Below are positions 24,393 through 37,051 of a DNA stretch of 64,000 nt, piece by piece. Position 1 is the stretch's first letter, and every line of letters starts with the position of its first letter. Under the pieces are notes generated by a model, which saw nothing but the letters and a program-made list of their open reading frames with translations, searched no databases and was not told where the DNA came from. Position numbers and translations under genes: made by a program. This DNA comes from Octopus sinensis (Eukaryota), in NCBI RefSeq assembly GCF_006345805.1, contig NC_043013.1:40796001-40860000 (forward strand), in the 5' to 3' direction.

Positions 24393-26040
24393 TTAGGTCA
24401 TCAAGTAGGAAATTTGTAGAAAAGGAAAAAAGGTTTGCTGATGTTTTATAAATACAAGGAATAGTTTTATTCATCAAAGTATACACCCATATTGTCAATA
24501 CATTTTTGCCATTTCTTTGGTAGCTTGTCCAGCCTGGAACTGTAAAAGCCTGGCAATCTAGAGTTAATAAAATCTTGGAGGCCTGTTTTACAGCATTGAT
24601 GGAATTAAATTTTTTTCTTATCAAAAAGTTATCCAAATTCTGGAAGAAGTGGTAGTCAGTGGGAGCAAGATCAGGTGAGTATGGTGGATGATGCAGAACT
24701 TCCAACTCCTGTAGTTTCGCCAAGGTCATTTTTGTGATGGGTCTGGCGTTGTCTTACAATAAAACAGGAGTGGATGTTGACTAATCTAGGCTGTTTTATT
24801 TTTTTGTAAGTTTCTGCATCATTTGGTCCAGTTGGCTGCAATATGCTTCTACCAGGTTTAATGAAATCATAATGGATCACACCTGTGCCGGGCCACCAAA
24901 AACACACCAGCTTCTTTTGATGAATTTTGCTTTTTGGACTGTGTTTTGGTAGCTCATCTTTGTCCAACCATTGTGCTGAACATTTATGATTGTTGCATTA
25001 GATCTATTTCTCATCATGTTACAGTTCGATTAAAAAATAACTCATTTGTGTGATGAGAAAGTAGCATAATCTAGGCTTCCAAATGTTGCTGTTTCTGATT
25101 TTCATTGAGTTCATGTGGAACCCACTTATCCAAATTTTTCGCTTTACCAATTTGAACTAGGTGACTCAATATTGTTTGCTTGCTAACACCAAACAGCAAT
25201 GATAATTCACAGGTACTTTGGGATGGATCTGACTCAATGGTGGCTTTCAGTTTGTTATTATCTACCTTTGTGGAGGTGCAACGGCCCAGTGGTTAGGGCA
25301 GTGGACTTGCAGTCATAGGATCACGGTTTTGATTCCCAGACCGGGCGTTGTGTTTATTGAGTGAAAACACACAAAGCTCCATGAGGCTCCAGCAGGGGGT
25401 GGTGGCAAATCCTGCTGTACTCTTTCACCACAACTTTCTCTCACTCTTTCTTCCTGTTTCTGTTGTACCTGTATTTCAAAGGGCCAGCCTTGTCACACAC
25501 TGTATCATGCTGAATCTCCCCAAGAACTACATTAAAGGTACACATGTCTGTGGAGTGTTCAGCCACTTGCACATTAATTTCACAAGCAGGCTGTTCCATT
25601 GATCAAACCAACTGGAACCCTCGTCGTTGTAACCGACAGAGTGCCATGAACCACCTTTGTTTCTGGTCAACCATGTTGCTCATTTGTGAAGTCAAAGTTA
25701 GCAGGACGAAATTTTGCAAACCAATTTGATACTATCTGCTGTGTAATAGCATTAGAATGAAATACTCCATTAATATTCTGAGTTGTGTGTGATGCTGTAC
25801 TTCCAAGAAAGAACTCATATTTCAAAACTGTATGAATTTCCAACTTATCCATCTCCAAACAAAAAAAGCAAAAAACAATTTATAAATACTTTATAAAGCG
25901 CAAAATGAGTTAGAATAAAGAAATAGATGTGTCAGCTTTCTGACAAAAAATAAAGATTGTCAAAATATAATGGTGCAAAATGAGCAACTGTCAAAGTTTA
26001 TCATATTCCTTACTACAAATTTCGTACTTTACAACCTAAT
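24393..26040 (-). mobile_element. Decayed, near full-length mariner transposon interrupted by a SINE
   Basis: TIRs TTAGGTCATCAAGTAGGAAATTTGTAG / CTACAAATTTCGTACTTTACAACCTAA; ORF pieces MEMDKLEIHTVLKYEF, HQKKLVCFWW..GVIHYDF, HPPYSPDLAPTDYHFF. Confidence 0.9.
25272..25645 (+). mobile_element. SINE (family D head, family C tail) inserted in mariner
   Basis: GGAGGTGCAACGGCCCAGTGGTTAGG head; ACCTTTGT duplicated at 25264-25271 and 25653-25660 (probable TSD). Confidence 0.85.
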
Positions 26041-26064
26041 ATATATATATATGTGTGTGTGTGT

Positions 26065-26325
26065 GTGTAGTAAAGTAAAGTAACAAGAATAAACAACTTA
26101 AATTTTTGCTACACATGTTTCCATAGAGTGGCCAATTATTCAATAGTGCATAATATTACATAACTTTATGGTTTGATTGTTCCTGATGAAACGGTGTGGT
26201 CATGCAATTATGTAAAGTTGTATAATATTAAGCATTACCGAATAAATGGTCATACTATACAAACACATTTAGCAAAAGTTTAAACTGGCCATTCTTATTC
26301 CTTTGCTATATTTTACTACCACGTA
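26065..26325. repeat. Degenerate palindromic element with central CTGATGA
   Basis: Left TTTTTGCTACACATGTTTCCATAGAGTGGCCAATTATTC..ATAATATTACATAACTTTA mirrors right TAAAGTTGTATAATATTA..GAATAAATGGTCATACTATACAAACACATTTAGCAAAAG. Confidence 0.5.
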
Positions 26326-26540
26326 ATAAGTGGAGAGTTTTATTGCTACATAAATGAATTTATAGGATGTTTAATATCATTATAGGATAGTTAACATTGT
26401 ACTGCTTGCTATATTTACTGGTTGATTGATTAATAGTATCTGTGTATTCTTCCCGAGTACCTTGTTAACCAAATATATATTGGAGGGCTATGAAATTAAT
26501 TGCCAGTATGATTTAGATCCCGACTACTTTATATACATAC

Positions 26541-26608
<68 letters not shown>

Positions 26609-26989
26609 GTATTACAGAAATAAGGTAAAGAATTATCAATTTATTAAGGACGGATATTAATTAATTTATTGAGGATGGAAATGAATTTGTATAATTCTAA
26701 TCCAGAAACGTGTCCATAATTAATCGAAGACTGTTTGATTTCGTTATTTTTGTTCTTTTTGCCTATGTCAGTTACAAATATTGTTATCTGTAGAGTAATA
26801 TCTGTAGTAAAAAGAAATGAACTGTCTTTGGCTGCTATTTCTAAATTTTCAGTATGTGGCGAAGCAATATGTTGCTTAAACCTTAAAAATATTTATATAT
26901 ATATAACACATATATTTGTATACACATGTATACAAATACATATTCATATAAATATATACACATACATATAAATACACACATACACACTT

Positions 26990-27340
26990 ACACATATATA
27001 TAAACAAACACACACACACTTACACATATATATAAACAAACACACACACACATATATATAAACAAACACACACACACACATATATATATAAACAAACACA
27101 CACACACACACACACATATATAAACAAACACACACACACACACATAAACAAACACACACACACACACACACATATAAACAAACACACACACACACACACA
27201 CGCATATAAACAAACACACACACACCACACACACACACATATAAACAAAACACACACACACACATATAAACAAACACACACACACACACATATAAACAAA
27301 CACACACACACACACATATAAACAAACACACACACAATAT
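26990..27340. repeat. Minisatellite of unit ATATAAACAA(AC)n, about 12 copies
   Basis: Direct reading; source of the CVCVCLFI ORFs. Confidence 0.9.
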
Positions 27341-27348
27341 ATATATAT

Positions 27349-27400
<52 letters not shown>

Positions 27401-27594
27401 ATATACACACACTACTACTACTAATATATGATAAAATTTTTTTCAGAAAAAAATTCCATCGAAAGTGGAAGCATATTAAAATACCTTTAAAGGTTAAAAT
27501 TTTAAGTTGTGTATATATATATATATATATATATACATACACACACACACACATACATACATACATACACACACAAATGTGAATTTACATCACA

Positions 27595-27825
27595 TGAGAA
27601 GCACTCGTGTCAGTGCCATCTAAGTGTGTTTGTGCTAGTGGCACATTAAAAGCACCAAGCACATACTGTAAAGTGGTTGGCATTAGGAAGGGCATCTAAC
27701 CATAGAAACCAGGCCAAAACAAACTGGAACCTGATGCATCTTAGCAGTTTGCCAGTTCTGGTCGAACTGTCCAACCCATGCCTGTATGGAAAACAGATGT
27801 TAAAAGGATGACGGTGACGATATAC
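27595..27825 (+). mobile_element. RTE-3'UTR-derived repeat (family E)
   Basis: AAAAGCACC..GTGGTTGGCATTAGGAAGGGCATC..CCAACCCATGCC. Confidence 0.75.
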
Positions 27826-29389
27826 AAATATTTACATACATACATACATACATACGAGTATATATCAACATGTATGTGTGTGTGTGTTTAACATATATAT
27901 TCGCACTAATCAATAAATCATTTCTCTTTAAACTGATTTGTAAGAAACAAAAGCAAATAGATACACACACGTACACACACACACGTGTGCACGCACATGA
28001 AATAGGTGCTGAGTGCTATAGTTAAATAGAATAAATTCGTCTACTTTGAAATGAAGCACAGCCCAAACTGTAGCAACTTAATGATGGTTTTGGTGGTTGT
28101 GGGGTGGATGGGTGAGGTAGAATGAGATTATTATCCTTAGTAGGTTACCTGAGAAAATACCTGTTTTGAACATGACAGGTGATCTTCTAAGAAACTTTTA
28201 ATATAAAAACACATTTGTTTGTACGAGCCCCCTCCCACTACACACACACCGACCACTCATCTTCAGTGTCTGCGTTTCGGTGTCCTTAAGAGTGTTGTAG
28301 TTGTTCTCAATATTTTGTTAATAAATCTGCAACTCATTAACGAAGGGGAAAAAATGTGTAACAGCTAAATATAGCTTTGTTGTGAAAGAAAGTCATCAGA
28401 GTGTATAATAACTGCTACATCTTTTGTCATACTGTCTGGTTGTCACTCCAGTTATGTTCGGGTTATCAACTCAGCCCTCTACACCAACCGCCCTCCTGCT
28501 CTCCCTCTTGTTGGCTCTCAAGTTAATATTGCAAAGGTATCCTGTGGCGAATGGTGCTAGTAACCTTTGGTTGTGTGCATCATATCATTATGTTATCTCT
28601 TGAAAATAGTTCAATTTCAAGGTGGATGAAGGTCGACATATGAAATACAAAAGCAATGGTTAAGAGAATGTTAACCTTCAACTTCATACTAGAAGGAACA
28701 ATAATGCTTTGACTTTATGTATAAAAAACAGCTAGAGAGAGAGAGAGAGCAAAGAGCAAGAAAGCCACTGTCAGAATCTACAGTTCTTTTCTCTTTCAAA
28801 TATTGGTGTGATTAAAATAATTCTCAGCTACACAATTTCTGGTTCAATCCCACTGTACAGTGTGTTGGGCAAGCATTTTATACCTTATGTTGACCAAAGT
28901 CTGTGAATAAAATTTGGTGTATGGAAACCATGTGGAAAGGAACAACTTCTGTTCTTGATTGGAAGACTTAACCTGTCACCCAGTCCAACACCACTGTCTC
29001 ACACTTGGATACCTTTTGTGAAGTCTACTTTGTTACAAGCATTGCATCTAGATATCCACTCTGAGAATAACTTGCTCTCTTTCTCCTACAAGTCTTGGAG
29101 GATTTCTGAAGGGTCATGAGAAATGCCTTTCCTTCTTTGATTAACCCCTTTGCTCCTAATGGGATACGTGTATCTCAAGAAAATTTTTTTAATACTAAAG
29201 TGAATTTTCTTCATTTAAAATGACTTGGGATGGAACAAATCAGGATTATAGTGTAAGGAATAGGTTGGAAAAAAGAAATCATTCACTTGTCCAGAAGCGA
29301 TTGTTTTTTATAAAAAATATATGGGTAGAGTAGATCGTTGGGGGTAGGGTCCTCTAGCATCTCTGCCAGAGTCTTGATTGAAACAACTG

Positions 29390-29680
29390 TCATTAAACAT
29401 TCCTGCTGGATTCCCCAAGTGTGTCCAACTGTAATTATGAATAATTATTGGACCATCTTGCTCATGGTCAACCCCTAGGTCCCAGTGGGTTGGCTTGGTT
29501 TAAAAAATCTGTCTTGTAATCCATCTTGGTGGCATTCTCACCACAGGTCTGTAATACTAGAGGTTTGAACTATCAATGCAGAGAAATAGTGGTCAACCTG
29601 AGAGACCCCTGATTTCTAAACTACTGACCCTGTTGAGTAACATTACTGCAAAGATCTTTCAGATGAACCCATTTTGGTAT
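29390..29680 (-). mobile_element. Heavily decayed RTE ORF C-terminal fragment
   Basis: By-eye reconstruction TLLNRVSSLEIRGSL..VVRMPPRWITRQIF..PTGT..G.P..RW, matching the RTE W.GHV.RM...RPRGRP..RW region; needs frameshifts. Confidence 0.5.
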
Positions 29681-29899
29681 CTTTTATCTTTTACTCGTTT
29701 CAGTCATTAGACTGCGGCCATGCTGGGGCACAATCTTGGAGAAATTTTAGTTGAATGTATAGATCCCTGTACTTATTTTTAAAGCCTGATACTTATGCTA
29801 TCGGTCTCTTTTGTTGAACTACCAAGTTACAGGGATGTAAACACACCAGCACCAGTTGTCAAGCAGTGGTGGGAGACAAACACAGACACAAAGACAAAG

Positions 29900-29936
<37 letters not shown>

Positions 29937-30103
29937 TATGCGATGGGCTTCTTTCAGTTTCTGTCTACCAAATCCACTCACAAAGCTTTGGTCAGCCCAA
30001 GACTATAGTAGAAGGTACTTGCCCAAGGTACCATGCAGTGGTATTGAACCCAGAACTATGTGGTTGGGAAGCAAGCTTCTTACAATGCAGCCATGTCTGC
30101 ACC
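29680..30103 (-). mobile_element. SINE family A, full length
   Basis: Reverse complement of family A consensus motifs. Confidence 0.85.
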
Positions 30104-30307
30104 TGTAGAAACTTTTAAATTTACATCTTTTTTGTGGGTTGATTAAATTTGTTTTATAAGTCAAGAAAGACTGTACAAAAGAAAAAAAATCACACTGAGT
30201 TGATTTATTGTAAGAAGTGGAAAAAATATCTAATGTTCTGCACACTTGTCCTTCTTTGGAGAGAAAATATCATTTGTTTCTTTAACATCCATTTTTTCCA
30301 GTAAGAC

Positions 30308-30475
30308 ACAGGCATGGCTCTGTGGCTAAGAAGTTTGCTTCCTACCCATATTGTCTTAGGTTCAGTCCCACTGCATTGGCACCTTAGCCAAGTGTTTTCT
30401 GTAATAAACTCAGGCCAAGCAAAACCTTGTAAGCAAATTTGATAGAGAGAAACTGAAAGAAGTCCATCATGTTTG
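30308..30475 (+). mobile_element. SINE family A 5' half
   Basis: GGCATGGCTCTGTGGCTAAGAAG..GGTTCAGTCCCACTGC..GAAACTGAAAGAAG. Confidence 0.7.
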
Positions 30476-32838
30476 TGTGCACATGCATGTGTGTGCACGT
30501 GCATGCATACATATGGTCATGTGCATGTGTATGAACACAGTTGTATGTGTGTGCTTGTGTTTCTTTGTCATGACATCACATAATTGTTGTTGTAAACGAG
30601 TTCCACCATCACACAAGTGGTGTTGTTTATTTCTGATATTCACTGGAAACAAGTCCAGTCATGGATATAGGGAACAAGTGAGGGCGAGAGACAGGAAGGC
30701 CTCAACAAATTCTGTTTGATGCATGTAAGCATGGAGAAGTGGATATATTTAAATGATGATGATGCTATTATTGCTTAGACAAGAAATGATTTTGAGGTAG
30801 GATTTTATGATTGGGTGCACATTCTCTAACCAACCCACACCTGTTTTTCAAGCAAGAGAATTTATATTCTGATGGTCTTTGAAGGTACATAAAGATTGGT
30901 CATAATGGCAACAAGGAATATAAACATCACCATTGCTTTGCTCAAATAGTGACAAGTGAAATATCAATAGTCACACACACACACTATGGGTTTAGTTCAG
31001 TTTTAATTTTTCGAATTCACACACAAGCCATTGCTTGGTTTGGGACCAGAATTAGGGGCCCCTTGTCTAAGGTACTGTTCAGTTGGATTGAAATTGAAAC
31101 CACGTAGTTGTGGAGTGAATTTCTTAATCACACAGCCATGCTGGCACCTATAAATAAAATAGTCAGAAAATTGTAAACTGAAAGACTTTACAAATGCTAT
31201 TAAAGCTTCTATATTATCTTTCTCACACTTCTTTTCCTCTGAAAAGAGGACAATGTGAAACACAGTTGATTTGTTACAAAGAATGAAAAACACAAACTGT
31301 TACCACTTTGGTATATGTTGAAAACTGTTCAACAGTTTGGTGTTTGGACAAAGCATGATGAAATAGATATAAACATGCTTGGGAACACAGATACTTAAAG
31401 GTTAGAGGAAAAAATTCCCTGAGGTGAATTGTAGTAAAAAAAATATAACAAGAAAGAAAATGTACAGATATTTTCTTGGAAAATATATATCCTTTCTCTT
31501 TTACTTGTTTCAGTATTAGATTGAGGCCATGCTGGGGCACTGGCTTGTGCATTATATACATATATTTTTTTATGAAATAAAATATTTACATAGTCAACCA
31601 GTTTTAATTATGCTAATCATGTTAGTAAGTTATAATGTTATAATTTCATGCTATCATAAATTTTCATTCCTTGTTAGTAGAAGGAAGGATGTTTTACAAA
31701 ATGTACATTTTCCTTCTTTTATATTTTTTACTATATATATTTATGTATGTATGTATGTATATGTGTGTGTATTTAATATTCATTATTTCTCAAGTACTTT
31801 CTCTTGACAGAAATTAGCATTTTCAATTCAAAATACAAATGCTACACTTCTATTTAAGCTGATAAGAGTGCCATTGGTGTTTTTACAAATCCTGGTGGAA
31901 AAACATGCTCATCTCCATCAGTGGAAAATCTCAGGTACCAGAATAATGATGAAAATTCTACAACAGAGAAGTATTTATTTACCTTTTCAATGATGAGTAT
32001 TTATTTTAATAGTTTGTTTCTAACATGTTGTGTGTGCGTGTATTTATATACCTAAGAGGACAGAAAATAGTTGCTACTAATATCAAATCTCTGGGTACTG
32101 AAGAACCACCAAAATAATAAATGGGGTTTATGAGAGCCATTTAACAATGTGAAATAAGATGGTTTTCGGGCCCTGATAGGGAAGCCCTTTCAAAACTCAA
32201 GGGAATTGTAATGATTCCTTTCAGAGAAGGGCTTAAGATCTTATTAAGGAGCTCTTCCCTGACTCTCTGAATTTTCCTTGGGCTAAACTCCTTTCTGACA
32301 GATCCTGCAAATATATCACAGAGATCAACCTCCACCACAAACACATGCCTGAGATTATTTTTTTCCTTTCTTATGTGACTTACTTTTTTGATGTTGTTGT
32401 TGTTGGTAGTGTTATACAGCTCTAAATCAGTTCAAATTGATCGAATTGTATGGCACTGTAGGTAGGTCAACCAATAAACTGCAACACATAATCTATTGTT
32501 ACTAGATGTGCCAAGACTACTATTTAATTACAACTACTACCACTACCACCACCACCACTGCTGGTGCTATTTTGTTGGTCTTGAATGACATACATTATAA
32601 TCACCATTGCCATTTTAATATCAACTTTTCTACGCTTTTATAGGTTAGATGAAATTCACTGATGCAGATTTTCTATGGCCAGGAGCCCTTCCTATCGACA
32701 GCCCCCACCTATTTTCAAGGAAGGTAATATTTTCCTTTGTTTCTATGGCTGGTTGCCCTTTAGAGGGCAACTACTTAACAAAGTGTACTGGCTGCTTTTT
32801 ATGTGACACCAATATTTGTATGTATGTATATGTGTATA

Positions 32839-33000
32839 GGTGCAGGTATGGTTGTGTGGTTAGAGAATTTGCTTTGAAACACATGATTCTCGATTCAATC
32901 CCACTGTGAGGTAGCTTGTGCAAGAATCTTCTATTAAAACTCTGAACTGACCAAAACTTTGTAAGTAGATTTAGTAGATCAACACTGAAAGAAACCCTGT
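32839..33000 (+). mobile_element. SINE family A 5' half
   Basis: GCAGGTATGGTTGTGTGGTTAGAG..GATTCAATCCCACTG..ACTGAAAGAAAC. Confidence 0.65.
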
Positions 33001-33251
33001 GTGTGTGCATATGTATATGCACATCTCCCCTTGTCTTCACATCAGGAACCAGTTGTGTGCAATCTTTTGTGGAAACATGTCCAGCCATTGTGTTCTTTGT
33101 GCTTGAATAACTATGTCAAAGCTGATAATGGGGCCTAGTGCAGTTTGCTGGTTTGCCAGCAAACCGTCGAACTCTCCAGCATGGAAAGTGGAGGCTAAAT
33201 GACAACAATGAGGATGGTGATATATTTATATGCATATGGTAAACATTTATA

Positions 33252-33493
33252 CAGGGTTGGCTAAAAGTCCCCTGACAGTAAATCAAAACCATTTAATACC
33301 AAGATTAAAACAAAAATTTATTTTGTGTGAGACTTCATAAAAAATAGACAAATGTTGCAAAAAAAAAAAAATGGTGATTTTAATTCACAGCATTCAATTA
33401 TCAAACATTCATAATTGGAATGAATAAATAAAATTAAATATTAAGTATTTATGGAATTTTGATTTACCATCAGGGGATTTTTGGCCAGCCCTG
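33252..33493. mobile_element. Tc1/mariner MITE
   Basis: TA|CAGGGTTGGCTAAAAGTCCCCTGA..GTAAATCAAAA / TTTTGATTTACCATCAGGGGATTTTTGGCCAGCCCTG|TA. Confidence 0.85.
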
Positions 33494-33499
33494 TATGTA

Positions 33500-34400
33500 T
33501 AGGGTTGTCCCATAAGTAATACAGTTTTTTCAATTACATGAACTAAAAGTCGGAGGGGGGAATGGGATAAACTACCTGCATCAACTTGCTATAAAAGCAG
33601 ACAGTAATTTTACTTTGTACTTATTCTTAGTGCAGGTCTTGAAGAGTGCAGTTTGATTTTAAAAGTTATTTCAAAGCTAATATGGAAGTGACAAAGGAGC
33701 ACATTTGGTATATTTTGCTTTATGAGTTCAATAAAGGCAACAATGCAACAAAACGTGCAAGGAATGGACAATAAGCATAAGCCAATGTCAACAGTGGTTA
33801 CAGAAATTCCAAGCTGGAAACTACAACCCAGAAGACGAGCCTCATCCTAGAAGATCTGCAGAGCTCAATGAGGACATCCTGCAAAACCTGGTGGAACAAA
33901 GTCCCATCAGAACTGTTGAGGAACTAGCTGAGAAGCTTGGATTTGGTCTTTCAACCATTCATCAACACCTGTGCTGGAAGAAAAACAACCGTCTTTGGTT
34001 TCAAGATGAAAGGCGTTCTTCCATTAGGATAATGCTCAGCCACATACAGTGAGGATGACATTCCAGAGGCTGGAGCAGTTTCAATGGGAAACGATGCCCC
34101 ACCCATCATATTCACTGGAGATTGCCCCTTCTGATTATCATTTATTCTGCAGTTTTCAAAATCATTTGGATGGAAAAAATATAAATCCTTTTAATGAGAT
34201 CAGAACAGTACCAGAGGAGTATTTTTCTTCATGGACAAGTGAATTTTGGAAGAGGGGCCTTGCAAGTCTACCAGATAGATAGAAGAGCATTGTAGAAAAT
34301 GAAGGAGAGTATATTTCAGATTAAAAAAGAACTTTGTTTATCTTCATTTTGAAAAATAAAAGAGCTATAAAAAAAATGCATTATTTATGGGAGGACACAA
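33500..34400 (+). mobile_element. Internally deleted mariner (~900 bp), copy 1
   Basis: TIR GGGTTGTCCCATAAGTAAT / ATTATTTATGGGAGGACAC; MEVTKEHIWYILLYEF, DNAQPH, HPSYSLEIAPSDYHLF. Confidence 0.9.
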
Positions 34401-34430
34401 TATATGATATATATATATATATAATGGTAT

Positions 34431-34658
34431 ACTCTTTTACTCAGTTACTTGTTTCAGTCATTTGACTGTGGCCATGCTGGAGCACTGCCCTTAGTCGAGC
34501 AAATTGACCCCAGGACTTATTCTTTGTAAGCCTAGAATTTATTCTATTGGTCTCCTTTGCCGAACCACTAAGTTACGGGGATGTAAACACACCAGCATTG
34601 GTTGTCAAGCGATGTTGGGGGAACAAACACAGACACACAAACATATACACACACACAC

Positions 34659-34690
<32 letters not shown>

Positions 34691-34853
34691 GACGGGCTTC
34701 TTTCAGTTTCCGTCTACCAAATCCACTTTCAAGGCTTTGATCGGCCCGAGGCTATAGTAGAAGACACTTGCTCAAGGTGCCACACAGTGGGACTGAACCC
34801 GAAACCATTTGGTTGGTAAGCAAGCTACTTACCACACAGCCACTCCTACACCT
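34431..34853 (-). mobile_element. SINE family A, full length
   Basis: Family A motifs, reverse complement. Confidence 0.9.
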
Positions 34854-35744
34854 ATATGTATGTAAAAGAAAGGTTCAAGGATCCACACATAGGAAGTTAG
34901 TAAGTTTGGAGCAGTCCACAGAAGGAACAATAGTGGTTTATTGGCATAGAAATTTTTTAATTTTACCTATATTGATGTTCAGTAAACTGAAAAAAGAAAA
35001 CATTATTATATAGTTCACAGTTAGCAACTAGGGTTGCTATGTATGTGAATAAAAATCCAAATTTAGGGAATGGAATAGGTAAAATCCATGCCACATATGT
35101 TTCCTAGCTAGCAGAACTTTGAAAGTAGGAATTACTCAATGAGGGATACTCCAATAGCTACTCATCTGGCCAAAGGTACCTTTGTCAATTGAAGGTCCCA
35201 TTGTCATCAAGGGATCCCAAGTTAACCCACAGGAGGTTTGATAAAAAAAACAAAACAATGTTTCTTTTATAAAGTAGCTTGCATGCAAATGTAGTTACTG
35301 CTATAATTTACCATATAACAGGTAAAACTCCCTGGGAGAGATAAAAGTGAGACTGTCAACTACAGAGTACAAACCACACACCAGTCATATCACCAATGGT
35401 TTTGATACCATCATGCCCAATATTTTCAAAGAAGAAGAAAAAAAACTTTTGCAACAGGTCGTGTTGACACGGTCGTAGCCAGACAAAAACTCACAAAGGT
35501 AACCATTGTACAGTAGCTTGCCATTCTAGATATAACAGCCAAATCTCACTCAATCAACAGAGAGAAAGGGAACTGGTGTTTCAATTAGCAAGAAAATGCA
35601 ACAATGCCAGAGAAATAAGGAATGGTAAATGAGAGGTGAGAGAAGGAAGAGATAAATACTTCTAAAGATTGTTCTTCGTTGTCAGCTTTTAGTGACAATA
35701 ATTTCCTAATCTTTCATTTCGGGCAATTATGAGAGATTAGCTGG

Positions 35745-36222
35745 AAACAGTTCTATATTTAAGAGATGAAGAATTATGTACATTATTTACATTTGACAGA
35801 TATTTGTCCTCATCTTGTTTGATATACCCTCCAGCCTTCATCAGGTACCTTGGGGAAATTTCGAACCTGGGTTCTCATTCCTAAGGTATTTTTCAATGTT
35901 ATTATTTTTCTTCTTCTTATTCTTATTCCTATTATTATTGAGGTCACTGCCTGGAATCGAACTCAGAATCTTGGAGTTAGTAGCCCACGCTCTTAACCAC
36001 CACGCCATATGCCCATGGACATATGGTGAGTTTGATTCCAGGTAGTGACCTGAATAACAGCAACAGCAGCAGCATCAAAAAATACCTTAGGAATGAGAAC
36101 CCAGGCTCAAAATTTCCCCAAGACACCTGATGAAGGCTGGAGGGTATATTAGCTGAAGCATTGTGTTAACAACAAACAAGATGAGGACAAATATCCATCA
36201 AATATAAATAATGTAAATAATT
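35745..36222. mobile_element. Head-to-head inverted dimer of a tRNA-headed, hammerhead-motif-containing element
   Basis: Axis ATATGCCC-AT-GGACATAT (~36015); minus arm A box 35997-36007, B box 35953-35964; both arms share AAAAATACCTTAGGAATGAGAACCCAGG..CCTGATGAAGGCTGGAGGGTATAT..AAACAAGATGAGGACAAATATC. Confidence 0.8.
36122..36167 (+). ncRNA. Degenerate minimal hammerhead motif
   Basis: GACAC-CTGATGA-A-GGCTG(GAGGGTATAT)TAGCT-GAAGC-ATT-GTGTT; stem I GACAC/GTGTT; GAAA mutated to GAAG. Confidence 0.45.
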
Positions 36223-36345
36223 AGCTGTAAAATCTTGAATAAATTGGATTGAGAGAAGAACTATGGATAGCAAATTAATACAGTAACTATTTGGTGTCTT
36301 AAGGGATAATTAAATTTGGTGAATTGACACACACACACACATACA

Positions 36346-36377
<32 letters not shown>

Positions 36378-37051
36378 CACATTATTAGCCAAAAGTTTTG
36401 ATTCATTAAATAATATTAGACTTAAATATACATCTACGAATAAAACAGGATGGTCATGGTTGAAATGCATTTGACCATAGTTATGCTTGGATCAAGTCTG
36501 ATGATTTGAGATTAAAAACATGTAGTCAACTGAAGTAAGAGCAAACTGGTTAAGGGGCCTCACTGAAATGGCTGTGATTGGGTTTGAACCTATGTAGGTA
36601 TTCCAAAAGAATTAGAAAGGGATTAATGTAATAGAATGAGTAATGATAGATAGATAGAGAGACAGATAGAGAGAGAGAGAGTCTTTGCATATGTGAGAGA
36701 GAATGTATGTGAATGAGTGTGTGTGTATGCATGCATGTAAGAGTGTGTGTGCATGAGAGAGAGAGAGAATGTGTGTATATGAGAGAGAGCATGTGTGTGT
36801 GTGCGTGAGTGAGAGAGAGAGAGAGAGAGAGAGATTCAGACAGGCAGATAGATGCGACAACAGGAAGAAAGTGAATATGAAAACAATGTGAATGGGAAAA
36901 ACATTTAAGAAATTCACACACGACATATTCATAGGCACAGACGTGCTGTAAGAATCTCGCTTAGGCATGGGTCTTCTACGTGGATTTGGTAGATAAGAAC
37001 TGAAAGAAGCCTGTCGCATGTATGTGTATATATAAATACATACATATATCG

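Noticed and set aside
28930-29140. Possible minus-strand LINE C-terminal zinc-finger remnant (..RCNACNKV..)
   Set aside because: Only one CxxC and the frame is broken; insufficient to call
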